Positions 8,776 through 15,692 are shown, numbered from the stretch's first letter. The stretch: DNA of 17,066 nt from Candidatus Calditenuaceae archaeon JGI OTU-1 (GCA_000494145.1 AWOE01000007.1:11180-28245), one strand, 5' to 3'. Notes: generated from the sequence alone by a model not told the origin. Translations and numbers: made by a program.

Positions 8776-9053
8776 GCCCACCCACCGCTCACCGCAGGGA
8801 GTATGAGGACCTCGTCGCCGTCCCTGAGCTGCCTGTCCTCGTCCCAGCTGACGAGCGTGTCGTTGACGTAGAGGTTGACGAAACGGCGTAGCCTCATCTC
8901 CTCGTCGAGGAGCCTGTTCCTCAGTTCGGCGCCGAACCGCTCCGCCAGCTTCATCACCAGCTCCCTCACGTTCTCCGCCTCGACCTCCACCTCCCTCTGC
9001 CCTCCCATGTGAACCGCCAAGGGGGCTGTCACAACTACCTTGACCCTCGCCAT
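8772..9053 (-). CDS. MoaD/ThiS-family ubiquitin-like beta-grasp protein (SAMP/TtuB/Urm1-like) with C-terminus ...PAVSGG-WA
   Basis: 93 aa with archaeal MoaD-family layout: MARVKVVV...VRELVMKLAERFG...LYVNDTLV...LRDGDEVLILPAVSGG. I checked the codons by hand: AGC GGT GGG TGG GCA TGA, giving S G G W A stop. ATG at 9053. Confidence 0.8.
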   Translation of the reverse strand: MARVKVVVTAPLAVHMGGQREVEVEAENVRELVMKLAERFGAELRNRLLDEEMRLRRFVNLYVNDTLVSWDEDRQLRDGDEVLILPAVSGGWA

Positions 9054-9078
9054 TCTGACCGAGTCCGCAAACTCCTGG

Positions 9079-9086
9079 AGAAAAAC
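9079..9086 (-). promoter_or_regulatory. TATA-like box (GTTTTTCT on the minus strand) for the beta-grasp gene/operon
   Basis: The centre is about 29 nt upstream of ATG 9053, predicting a leaderless transcript. It is the only A/T-rich patch in the spacer on that side. Confidence 0.4.
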
Positions 9087-9128
9087 CTGACAGCCGAACC
9101 GAGGGGCCGCTCCTCCGCAGGATCATCC

Positions 9129-9137
9129 TTTAGAATA
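9129..9137 (+). promoter_or_regulatory. TATA-like box (TTTAGAATA) for the uL3 operon
   Basis: The centre is about 33 nt upstream of ATG 9166, predicting a TSS about 6 nt before the start (near-leaderless). Confidence 0.5.
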
Positions 9138-9165
9138 CGCTGGGTCCGGATGGGTGGGATAGCGG

Positions 9166-10179
9166 ATGGGTCACAGGAAGTGGTCGGCTCCGAGAAGGGG
9201 ATCGCTGGCCTACGCGCCGAGGAGGAGGGCCAAGACGCTGCTGCCGACGGTGAAGTACTGGCCGAGCTGGAGCGATGAGCCGAAGCTCCTCGGTTTCATG
9301 GGATACAAGGCGGGCTCGGTCACGATCAGGTACATCGACGACGTCCCCGGCTCCCTGACCCACGGCACGGAGGTCGCGGCGCAGGGCACGGTCGTCTCCA
9401 CGCCGCCCAACTACCTCGTCGGAATCGCGGTCCTCGTCCCCGACGACTACGGAGAGCCGAAGGAGGTGGGGAGGGTCTTCGCCAAGGAGCTTCCGAAGGA
9501 CCTCGTGGAGAGGGTGAGGGGCATCAGGCCTGGCGCAGGGGACTTGGCGACGCTGGAGCGCCAACTCGGCAGGGCGTCCGAGGTGAGGGCAATAGTGGCC
9601 TCGATACCGGCCGAGGCGGGGCTCTCGCAGAAGAAGCCCTTCCTGCTCGAGGTGGGCGTCTCGGGATCGCCTGAGGGCGCCTTCGAATTCCTCAAGGAGC
9701 GCCTAGGCACCCAGATAACGGTCGAACAGGTCTTCAAACCGGGGACCTTCGTCGACGTGGTGGGCGTGACAAAGGGCCACGGGTTCACCGGCGTCGTAGC
9801 CAGACACGGCGTCAAGGTACTTCCGAGGAAGCAGAGGAAGACGAGGAGGGCGGTCGGTGCGATAGGCGGCAGGAAGCCGGCATACGTAACGAGGTTCGTG
9901 CCGAGGGCAGGGCAGTACGGCTTCCACAAGCGGACCGAGTTCAACAAGAGGTTGATGCTTGTGCTGAACGACGGCTCGCCCCTCACGCCTCCCGGAGGGT
10001 TCCCGCACTTCACGGTCATCAGGTCGCCAGCCGTCGTCCTCCTCGGATCCGTGATGGGGCCTCCGAAGAGACCGGTGATATTGAGGGAGCCGGCGAAGCC
10101 TCCCTCCTACCAGCTGGGCGCTCCGAAGATACTGGCCGTCCACTACTCCGATCACGTGCTGGAGGTGCCTGCGACGTGA
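9166..10179 (+). CDS. rpl3: 50S ribosomal protein uL3
   Basis: N-terminus MGHRKWSAPRRGSLAYAPRRRA, and FVDVVGVTKGHGFTGVVARHGV is the typical archaeal L3 core. The stop overlaps the next start (GTGA at 10176-10179). Confidence 0.95.
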   Translation: MGHRKWSAPRRGSLAYAPRRRAKTLLPTVKYWPSWSDEPKLLGFMGYKAGSVTIRYIDDVPGSLTHGTEVAAQGTVVSTPPNYLVGIAVLVPDDYGEPKEVGRVFAKELPKDLVERVRGIRPGAGDLATLERQLGRASEVRAIVASIPAEAGLSQKKPFLLEVGVSGSPEGAFEFLKERLGTQITVEQVFKPGTFVDVVGVTKGHGFTGVVARHGVKVLPRKQRKTRRAVGAIGGRKPAYVTRFVPRAGQYGFHKRTEFNKRLMLVLNDGSPLTPPGGFPHFTVIRSPAVVLLGSVMGPPKRPVILREPAKPPSYQLGAPKILAVHYSDHVLEVPAT

Positions 10180-11003
10180 CGGTCGTCAACAGGGCGCTGG
10201 TGAGGAGCGCCGAGAGGACCGTCAGCGTGCCGGTCTACTCGCTGAGCGGCGAGAAGGCGGGAGAGGTCCAGCTTCCCTGGTTCTTCTCGGCCGACCTGAG
10301 GGAGGACCTGGTGAGGAGGGCGTTCGTCCACATCTCGACCCACACGCTCCAGCCGAAGGGAGCTTGGAAGGGATCTGCCGCCAAGTACTCGGTCAGGTCC
10401 CTCGGAGTCGGCCTGGGGATCGCGAGGATAGCGCGGATCATGGCTTCCGGTACCGGCAAGTCGAGGGCCGGAGGCTGGGTGCCGTCGGCGGTGGGAGGCA
10501 GGCCGACCCATCCACCGGTGCCCGAGAAGGTGATACACAAGCGGCTGAACGAGGAGGAGAGGAAGGCAGCAACGGTCGCGGCGCTCGCCTTCACCGCCTC
10601 CCCCGAGCACGTCAGGAAGAGGGGCCACAGGATCCCCGACGGCCTCAGCACGCCGATCGTCGTCGAGGACCGATTGGAATCCGTCAGGAGGACGAAGGAT
10701 GTGGTCGCGTTCCTCAGGGCGATAGGACTCGGCGAGGAGCTCGAGAGGACTTCTGAAACCGGCATAAGGGCAGGAAAGGGCAAGAGGAGGGGTAGGCGTT
10801 ACAAGCAGAGGAAGGGGCCGCTGCTGGTGGTGGCCAAGGACGAGGGGATCTCCGAGGCCGCCTCGAACGTCCCCGGGATAGACGTGGTGCTGGCGAAGGA
10901 CCTCAGCGTCCTCCACCTCGCACCAGGAGGTCACCCGGGCCGTCTCACGGTCTTCACCGTCTCGGCCCTCAAGGAGCTCGAGCGGAGGTTCGGAGCGGCA
11001 TGA
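10176..11003 (+). CDS. rpl4: 50S ribosomal protein uL4
   Basis: It sits between uL3 and uL23. Motifs [24 protein letters not shown] and [19 protein letters not shown] are typical of L4e/L1e. GTG start at 10176; an alternative GTG at 10227 would remove an unusual N-terminal extension. Confidence 0.92.
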   Translation: MTVVNRALVRSAERTVSVPVYSLSGEKAGEVQLPWFFSADLREDLVRRAFVHISTHTLQPKGAWKGSAAKYSVRSLGVGLGIARIARIMASGTGKSRAGGWVPSAVGGRPTHPPVPEKVIHKRLNEEERKAATVAALAFTASPEHVRKRGHRIPDGLSTPIVVEDRLESVRRTKDVVAFLRAIGLGEELERTSETGIRAGKGKRRGRRYKQRKGPLLVVAKDEGISEAASNVPGIDVVLAKDLSVLHLAPGGHPGRLTVFTVSALKELERRFGAA

Positions 11004-11263
11004 ACCCCGACGAGGTCATCATAGCGGTCGTCAGGACGCAGAAGGCCGTCTCCCTGATCGAGAGGGAGAACAAGCTGACCTTCGTCGTGAGGCTCGAGGC
11101 GACGAAGGACGATGTCAAGAGGGCGGTCGAGAAGCTGTACGGCGTCAAGGTCGAGAAGGTCAACACGGTGATCACGCCGCGCGGCGAGAAGAAGGCCTAC
11201 GTCAAGCTGAAGCCCGAATACAGGGCGACCGAGCTGGCGATCAAGCTGGGAGTCATCGTGTGA
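11000..11263 (+). CDS. rpl23: 50S ribosomal protein uL23
   Basis: 87 aa; ...KLTFVV...[23 protein letters not shown]... is the L23 signature. ATGA overlap with the uL4 stop at 11000-11003. Confidence 0.93.
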   Translation: MNPDEVIIAVVRTQKAVSLIERENKLTFVVRLEATKDDVKRAVEKLYGVKVEKVNTVITPRGEKKAYVKLKPEYRATELAIKLGVIV

Positions 11264-11265
11264 AC

Positions 11266-11277
11266 GTTTTTGAAAAG
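11266..11277 (+). promoter_or_regulatory. A/T-rich element GTTTTTGAAAAG between uL23 and uL2: possible internal promoter or T-run pause/terminator
   Basis: It is the only A/T-rich block in the 41-nt spacer, centred about 33 nt before ATG 11305. A T5 run is also the archaeal termination signal, so the role is ambiguous. Confidence 0.3.
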
Positions 11278-11304
11278 GGCCCTGGTACGACTGGGGGATA
11301 GAAG

Positions 11305-12027
11305 ATGCCCAAGAGGACGATGGCTCAGAGGATCGGGCACGGATCGCCGGTGTACAGGGCCAGCATCCAGAGGAGGTTCGTCCTCGGCTACCCTAGCCAC
11401 CTCTTCTCCAGCCAGACGGTGAAGGGTAGGGTCGTCGAGCTCCACCACGACCCTGGCCGGGGCTACCCGGTCGCCGAGGTGAAGGTTGACGGGACGACCT
11501 TCTACGTTCCTGCGGTGATGGGCCTCTACGTAGGCCAGGTCATCGAGGCAGGTCCCAACGCCTCGCCCTCCGTCGGGAACATCGTCCCCCTCGAATCGGT
11601 GCCCGAGGGCACATCGGTCTCCTGCATCGAGCTGAGGCCCGGCGACGGTGGCAAGCTCGTCAGGGGCTCCGGGACGTTCGCGGAGGTCGTCTCCCACGTC
11701 GGCGACCGGACCATCATCAGGCTACCGTCTAGGAAGCTTAAGGAGGTCGACAGCAGGTGCTTCGCGATAGTGGGGGTCGTCGCAGGCCTCGGGAGGACCG
11801 ACAAGCCCTTCCTCAAGGCCGGGAAGAAGTTCCACTGGATGAAATCCAAGCACAGGCTCGGCCGCTACCCGAGGGTTAGGGGAGTGGCGATGCAGCCGGT
11901 GAAGCACCCGTTCGGAGGAGGTGCAGGAGGCAAGCTCAGCAGGCCCGAGCCGGTGAAGAGGACGGCGCCTCCTGGCCAGAAGATCGGTCTTATCGCCGCC
12001 CGGCGGACTGGAAGGAAGAAGAGGTGA
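11305..12027 (+). CDS. rpl2: 50S ribosomal protein uL2
   Basis: 240 aa with RGVAMQPVKHPFGGGAGG (the L2 signature, HPFGGG variant) and a basic C-tail. ATG at 11305. Confidence 0.95.
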   Translation: MPKRTMAQRIGHGSPVYRASIQRRFVLGYPSHLFSSQTVKGRVVELHHDPGRGYPVAEVKVDGTTFYVPAVMGLYVGQVIEAGPNASPSVGNIVPLESVPEGTSVSCIELRPGDGGKLVRGSGTFAEVVSHVGDRTIIRLPSRKLKEVDSRCFAIVGVVAGLGRTDKPFLKAGKKFHWMKSKHRLGRYPRVRGVAMQPVKHPFGGGAGGKLSRPEPVKRTAPPGQKIGLIAARRTGRKKR

Positions 12028-12055
12028 TCGCAGAGGGACGACCTTTCGGGGCCCT

Positions 12056-13384
12056 TCAGGTGCCGAGCCTCCAGTCTGAGACGTAGCGGGCCTGCTCCTC
12101 GGTCATCCTGTCGATCTCTATCCCCATCGTCCTGAGCTTGGTCATGGCCACCTCCCTGTCTATCTCCGCGGGGACGTCGTGCACTTTGACCTCGAGCCGT
12201 CCTCTGTTCTTCACGACGTGCTCGACGGAGAGGGCCTGGAGCGAGAAGCTCAGGTCCATCACCTCCGAAGGGTGCCCCTCCGCTGCGACGAGGTTCACCA
12301 GCCTCCCCTCGGCCAGCAGGTAGAGGTTGCGACCGTCGCGGGTCCTGTAGCGCTTCACGTGCTGGCTCACCTCCTCGACCTCTACCGACAGATCCCGGAG
12401 ATCTTTCAGCGATATCTCGACGTCGTAGTGACCGGCGTTCGCCAGCACCGCTCCGTCTTTCATCACCTCCATGTGCTCCCGCCTGATGACGTTGATGTTG
12501 CCGGTGGCGGTGATGAAGACGTCACCGACCCTCGCGGCCTCGAGAGAGCTGCAGACGCGGTAGCCGTTCATCGCAGCGTTCAGCGCCCTCACCGGATCGA
12601 CCTCGACCACGATCACCTCGGCACCCATCCCTCTGGCCCGAGCGGCTATCCCCGAGCCTACGCGGCCGTATCCGAAGACGACGACCCTCTTCCCCGCCAG
12701 CAGGATGCCTGTGGCCCTGAGGATCGCGTCGATCGTCGACTGCCCGGTCCCTATCGGGTTGTCGAAGAGCGACTTCGTCGGTGAGTCGTTGACCGCGATC
12801 ACCGGGTAGAGGAGCCTCCCCTCCCTCTCGAGGGCTTTGAGCCTGATGACGCCCGTTGTCGTCTCCTCGGTCCCTCCAGCGATCCCTTCCACCTCCACCC
12901 CTTCTGCTCCGAGACCCCTCCTCACCCAGTTGAGCTCCGGCGAGGGGATGCCGTGTGCGAGCTTGTGGACGGTCACCGTCAGGTCGGCGCCGTCGTCGAC
13001 GGTTACCTCCGGCCCGATCGCCAGGGCCCTCCCTATAGCCTCGTAGTACTCCTCCTCACTCATCCCCCTGAAGGCGTAGACCCGGATGTAGTCCTCGACT
13101 AGGGCGGCCGCCACCTCGTCCTGCGTGCTGAGCGGGTTCGACGCGCAGAGGGCCACCTCGGCACCGCCCTCCCTGAGGGTCCTGACGAGCGCGGCGGTCT
13201 CCTTCGTTACGTGGAGGCACGCCGATATCCTCACGCCCTCCAAAGGCCTCTCCCTCCTGAACCTCTCCCTTATCCTCATCAGGACCGGCATCCTGGCCTC
13301 GGCCCACGCAATCCTCCTGTATCCCTCAGACGAGAGCGCCGGATCCCTAATCCAGCGATCCATCCGCTTCTCCAAGACCTTCAC
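12056..13384 (-). CDS. ahcY: S-adenosyl-L-homocysteine hydrolase
   Basis: IAWAEARMPVLMRIRERF, CLHVTKETAALVRTL, SNPLSTQDEVAAAL, the NAD-binding VFGYGRVGSGIA and NAGHYDVEI are all SAHH hallmarks. Start is GTG 13384 or ATG 13363. Confidence 0.95.
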   Translation of the reverse strand: MKVLEKRMDRWIRDPALSSEGYRRIAWAEARMPVLMRIRERFRRERPLEGVRISACLHVTKETAALVRTLREGGAEVALCASNPLSTQDEVAAALVEDYIRVYAFRGMSEEEYYEAIGRALAIGPEVTVDDGADLTVTVHKLAHGIPSPELNWVRRGLGAEGVEVEGIAGGTEETTTGVIRLKALEREGRLLYPVIAVNDSPTKSLFDNPIGTGQSTIDAILRATGILLAGKRVVVFGYGRVGSGIAARARGMGAEVIVVEVDPVRALNAAMNGYRVCSSLEAARVGDVFITATGNINVIRREHMEVMKDGAVLANAGHYDVEISLKDLRDLSVEVEEVSQHVKRYRTRDGRNLYLLAEGRLVNLVAAEGHPSEVMDLSFSLQALSVEHVVKNRGRLEVKVHDVPAEIDREVAMTKLRTMGIEIDRMTEEQARYVSDWRLGT

Positions 13385-13407
13385 CCAACCCCGTCATGGG
13401 CCCTTCT

Positions 13408-13414
13408 CATAAAT
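13408..13414 (-). promoter_or_regulatory. TATA-like box (TTTATGA on the minus strand) for ahcY
   Basis: The centre is about 27 nt upstream of GTG 13384. This fits a leaderless GTG start, or a 21-nt leader to ATG 13363. Confidence 0.4.
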
Positions 13415-13510
13415 CAGCACCGACACGAGAGGAGGTGCAGGTCAGCCCCAAGCTCTCAAGAGGTCGCTCCCGTCGGACGGACGAGGCCTTCAGCGTCGAG
13501 GAAGTGAGGG

Positions 13511-13517
13511 CTAAAAT
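13511..13517 (+). promoter_or_regulatory. TATA-like box (CTAAAAT) for the wHTH-like gene
   Basis: The centre is about 29 nt upstream of ATG 13543. Confidence 0.45.
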
Positions 13518-13542
13518 CCTCCCCAAGGAAGGAATTCCGGAA

Positions 13543-13995
13543 ATGGACGAGGAGGTCACCATAACCCTCGAGCTGACCGTCGGGCAGCGGCTGAAGGTGA
13601 CGGTGACCGGCAGCAACCCGCAGAGCGTCGTCCGGGCAGCGAAGGAGGTGCTCGACACGATATACGTGGAGCTGGTACCGCCGCAGGAGCAGCAGCGACA
13701 GCAGGGCATTCCGCCGTCCGTGATCGAGAAGCTGCCAAAAATGAGCAACAAGGAGATCGTGCTGACCCTGCTCTACTTCGAGGGCGAGATGAGCAAGGAG
13801 ACGATCAACCAGCGGAGCAGGGAGCTGGGAAAGGAGGTCTCGAAGGAGTGGCTCGACAAGAAGCTCTACACCGAGATGGAGGGTCTGATCTCCTCGGTCG
13901 AGTCAGCCGAAGGGCCCAAGCTCTACCGCCTGACGGTGTACGGAAGGCAGAAGGCGGAGGAGGTCCTGAGGTCGCTAGGGATCGCGTTGCCCTGA
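13543..13995 (+). CDS. Hypothetical small protein, C-terminal winged-helix (wHTH)-like domain
   Basis: I start at ATG 13543 (150 aa), not 13396. The 13396-13542 stretch uses codons rare in this window (CGA, AGA, CGT, TCT, AAA, GAA), and a TATA-like box lies 29 nt upstream of 13543. The C-terminal half (SNKEIVLTLLYFEGEMSKETINQRSRELGKEVSKEWLDKKLY...GPKLYRLTVYGRQKAEEVL) has a wHTH-like helix/helix/wing pattern. The domain call is by eye only. Confidence 0.5.
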   Translation: MDEEVTITLELTVGQRLKVTVTGSNPQSVVRAAKEVLDTIYVELVPPQEQQRQQGIPPSVIEKLPKMSNKEIVLTLLYFEGEMSKETINQRSRELGKEVSKEWLDKKLYTEMEGLISSVESAEGPKLYRLTVYGRQKAEEVLRSLGIALP

Positions 13996-14406
13996 GAGGA
14001 CCGACCGGAGGCCCTCGAGGAAATAGGCGACCTCTGCCCTGAGGACCTTGTCGCCGTGGCCGGTCGAGTGCCAGGCTCCCAGCTGCTCGGCGACCGACCT
14101 GAGGAAGCCCTCCGGGTCCCTCAGAACGATCCTCATCACCTCTTCCGGCAGATCCTCAGGCCTCACCTCGGCCACCTGGGTCCTCATGAAGGGGCCGAAC
14201 TCGTCCCTGGAGACCCTGACGACGGTCGCCTTCCCTCCGCCGACGAGGTACCTCGTCCCTGCCACCGATACCACTTCGACCCCCCACTCGACGCCTGGCG
14301 GCGCTATCTCCGCGAGGCTCGACAACACCTCCCTGACCGAGTCGACGTCCCTCCTCCTGAGGAGCTCCGTGCAGGCCCTCAGGGCCCTCTCCGCCCTCTC
14401 CGGCAT
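13975..14406 (-). CDS. Hypothetical protein (143 aa), no recognisable domain
   Basis: ATG at 14406 with a TATA-like box about 33 nt upstream. The E/R/V/L/A-rich composition and codon bias match real genes here. The two overlapping plus-strand ORFs are S/T/P-rich, as antisense frames are. Its 3' end overlaps the convergent gene by 21 nt. Confidence 0.5.
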   Translation of the reverse strand: MPERAERALRACTELLRRRDVDSVREVLSSLAEIAPPGVEWGVEVVSVAGTRYLVGGGKATVVRVSRDEFGPFMRTQVAEVRPEDLPEEVMRIVLRDPEGFLRSVAEQLGAWHSTGHGDKVLRAEVAYFLEGLRSVLSGQRDP

Positions 14407-14436
14407 GATGCCTCTCTTTCAGCGTGGAACGCCTGG

Positions 14437-14442
14437 ATAAAA
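14437..14442 (-). promoter_or_regulatory. TATA-like box (TTTTAT on the minus strand) for the 143-aa orphan
   Basis: The centre is about 33 nt upstream of ATG 14406, immediately after the stop of the upstream surface protein gene. Confidence 0.35.
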
Positions 14443-14450
14443 CCTGACCA

Positions 14451-15473
14451 TCAGGTCCTGCCTCTCCTGTAGACGAAGAGTATGACGACCGCAACGGCGG
14501 CGGCGACCGCCGCGAAGAGGCCGAGCGTCAGAGGGTCGAAGAGCGGTTCGGCCCTCCCTCCCGGTTCAGTGGCCGTCGTTCTGATCGTCTCGGTGGTGGG
14601 CGAGACTACCGTCTGGGCAGTCCCGGGCGTGGTCACGGTCGCCCCTCCCTCGGTGACCGTCCTGGTCACGGTGTAGGTCCTGACGTAAGTGGTCCCCGGG
14701 ATGACGACGGTCGTGCTGACGGTCGTTCCCTCGACCCGCGTCACGAGCGTTGCGGTCGTCCCCTCCAATGTGGTCGTGAAGTCCTCAGTAGTTCCCTCTC
14801 TAGTGACGGTCTCTGTGGTCCTGAAGTTCGCGAACTCCGGTGGGACTTGGAAGTCCTGCATCGTGACCGTGAAGCCCGGGAACGCGAAGGTGAAGCCCGG
14901 GAAGTCTATGACGACGGTCGCCGGCACCCTCTCCGGCTCTATCCTCAACCGGCTCACCTCGTAGGCCAGCCTGCAGGTCTCCTCGATCACGCCGTACAGC
15001 GAGACGGGCACCGCAAAGGTGGTTACGTACTGTCCCATAGTGAAAGTGGTTCCGACGGTAATCATCGTGTACCCGGTGGTCACGAAAGAGGTCCTGAGGG
15101 TTTCCGTACTGACGATCTCGGTCGGCGCGTTCAGGACGAACGTCGCCGTCATACCAGGCACCGCCACCGTTGTGCCCGGCACCGCGATGACGCCCTCCGC
15201 CCCTGGAGGGGTCTGGGCGGAGAAGCGAACCACGCAGACCTGTTCCTGCCTCTCGTAGTGCACGACCATTCTGATCCTCGGCATCTCGACCCTGATCACG
15301 ACGTCCCCTCCTCCTACAACGGTCACCGTCGCGTAGGTCCTGCCCGGCTCGACAACGGTCTCCGTAACGGTCTCAACCACCGTAGTCGCGGTCAGCACAG
15401 GATAGATCGCTCCGAGGAAGAACATTGAGAATGCGAGGATAACTCCCACTCGGCCGGTACGGGCCGATCCCAT
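14451..15473 (-). CDS. Thr/Val-rich secreted or surface protein with N-terminal signal/anchor and C-terminal TM anchor plus basic tail
   Basis: I start at ATG 15473 (MGSARTGRVGVILAFSMFFLGAIYPVL...). The track start at 15512 is a TTG lying upstream of the TATA-like box. The body is beta-strand-like and Thr/Val-rich, with repeated EGTT/PGTT/PGFT motifs. The C-terminus is EPLFDPLTLGLFAAVAAAVAVVILFVYRRGRT. Confidence 0.65.
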   Translation of the reverse strand: MGSARTGRVGVILAFSMFFLGAIYPVLTATTVVETVTETVVEPGRTYATVTVVGGGDVVIRVEMPRIRMVVHYERQEQVCVVRFSAQTPPGAEGVIAVPGTTVAVPGMTATFVLNAPTEIVSTETLRTSFVTTGYTMITVGTTFTMGQYVTTFAVPVSLYGVIEETCRLAYEVSRLRIEPERVPATVVIDFPGFTFAFPGFTVTMQDFQVPPEFANFRTTETVTREGTTEDFTTTLEGTTATLVTRVEGTTVSTTVVIPGTTYVRTYTVTRTVTEGGATVTTPGTAQTVVSPTTETIRTTATEPGGRAEPLFDPLTLGLFAAVAAAVAVVILFVYRRGRT

Positions 15474-15496
15474 TGAATCTACTTTCAGCCCATCGG

Positions 15497-15505
15497 CTAT
15501 AAATG
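15497..15505 (-). promoter_or_regulatory. TATA-like box (CATTTATAG on the minus strand) for the surface protein gene
   Basis: The centre is about 27 nt upstream of ATG 15473. This supports the shorter, leaderless gene model. Confidence 0.5.
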
Positions 15506-15566
15506 TATCCAAGAGGTATGGGATTCGACGGCGCCCGACGGCCCCAGGTCCGGTGATCGGCTTGAG

Positions 15567-15573
15567 GTATATC
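15567..15573 (+). promoter_or_regulatory. TATA-like box (GTATATC) for tRNA-Ser
   Basis: The centre is about 30 nt upstream of the first tRNA nucleotide (15600). Confidence 0.45.
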
Positions 15574-15599
15574 GGCTGGATCCAAGACCGTTGCTGCGG

Positions 15600-15689
15600 G
15601 CCGGGGTGCCCGAGTGGACCAAGGGGCAGGCCTTGAGAGCCTGTGGCTCCTCCGGGGCCGCGCGGGTTCGAATCCCGCCCCCGGCGCCA
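15600..15689 (+). tRNA. tRNA-Ser (anticodon UGA), type II with long variable arm, genomically encoded CCA
   Basis: Folded by hand. Acceptor GCCGGGG/CCCCGGC; D stem CCC/GGG; anticodon stem CAGGC/GCCTG with loop CTTGAGA (anticodon TGA). The 18-nt variable arm has a 6-bp stem; T arm is GCGGG-TTCGAAT-CCCGC; discriminator G, then CCA. No intron. Confidence 0.9.
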
Positions 15690-15692
15690 TCA

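Noticed and set aside
8776-9126. N-terminal 117 codons of the 237-aa ORF 8413-9126.
   Set aside because: This part is G/R/E-rich low-complexity sequence and overlaps the well-supported MoaD-like gene in another frame. The hydrophobic protein begins cleanly at ATG 8775 with an ATGA overlap.
13396-13542. N-terminal 49 codons of the 199-aa ORF 13396-13995.
   Set aside because: Its codon usage is atypical for the window (CGA, AGA, CGT, TCT, AAA, GAA). It contains both divergent TATA-like boxes, and the internal ATG 13543 sits at canonical distance from one of them.
14048-14472. Two plus-strand ORFs (130 and 138 aa) opposite the 143-aa orphan.
   Set aside because: Their S/T/P- or R/P-rich composition matches antisense frames elsewhere in the window. 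The minus-strand frame has genome-typical composition, an ATG and a promoter-like box.
15474-15512. Upstream TTG start of the surface protein ORF.
   Set aside because: The TTG lies upstream of the TATA-like box (15497-15505) that is correctly spaced for ATG 15473. The extra 13 residues would also precede a normal signal-peptide n-region.
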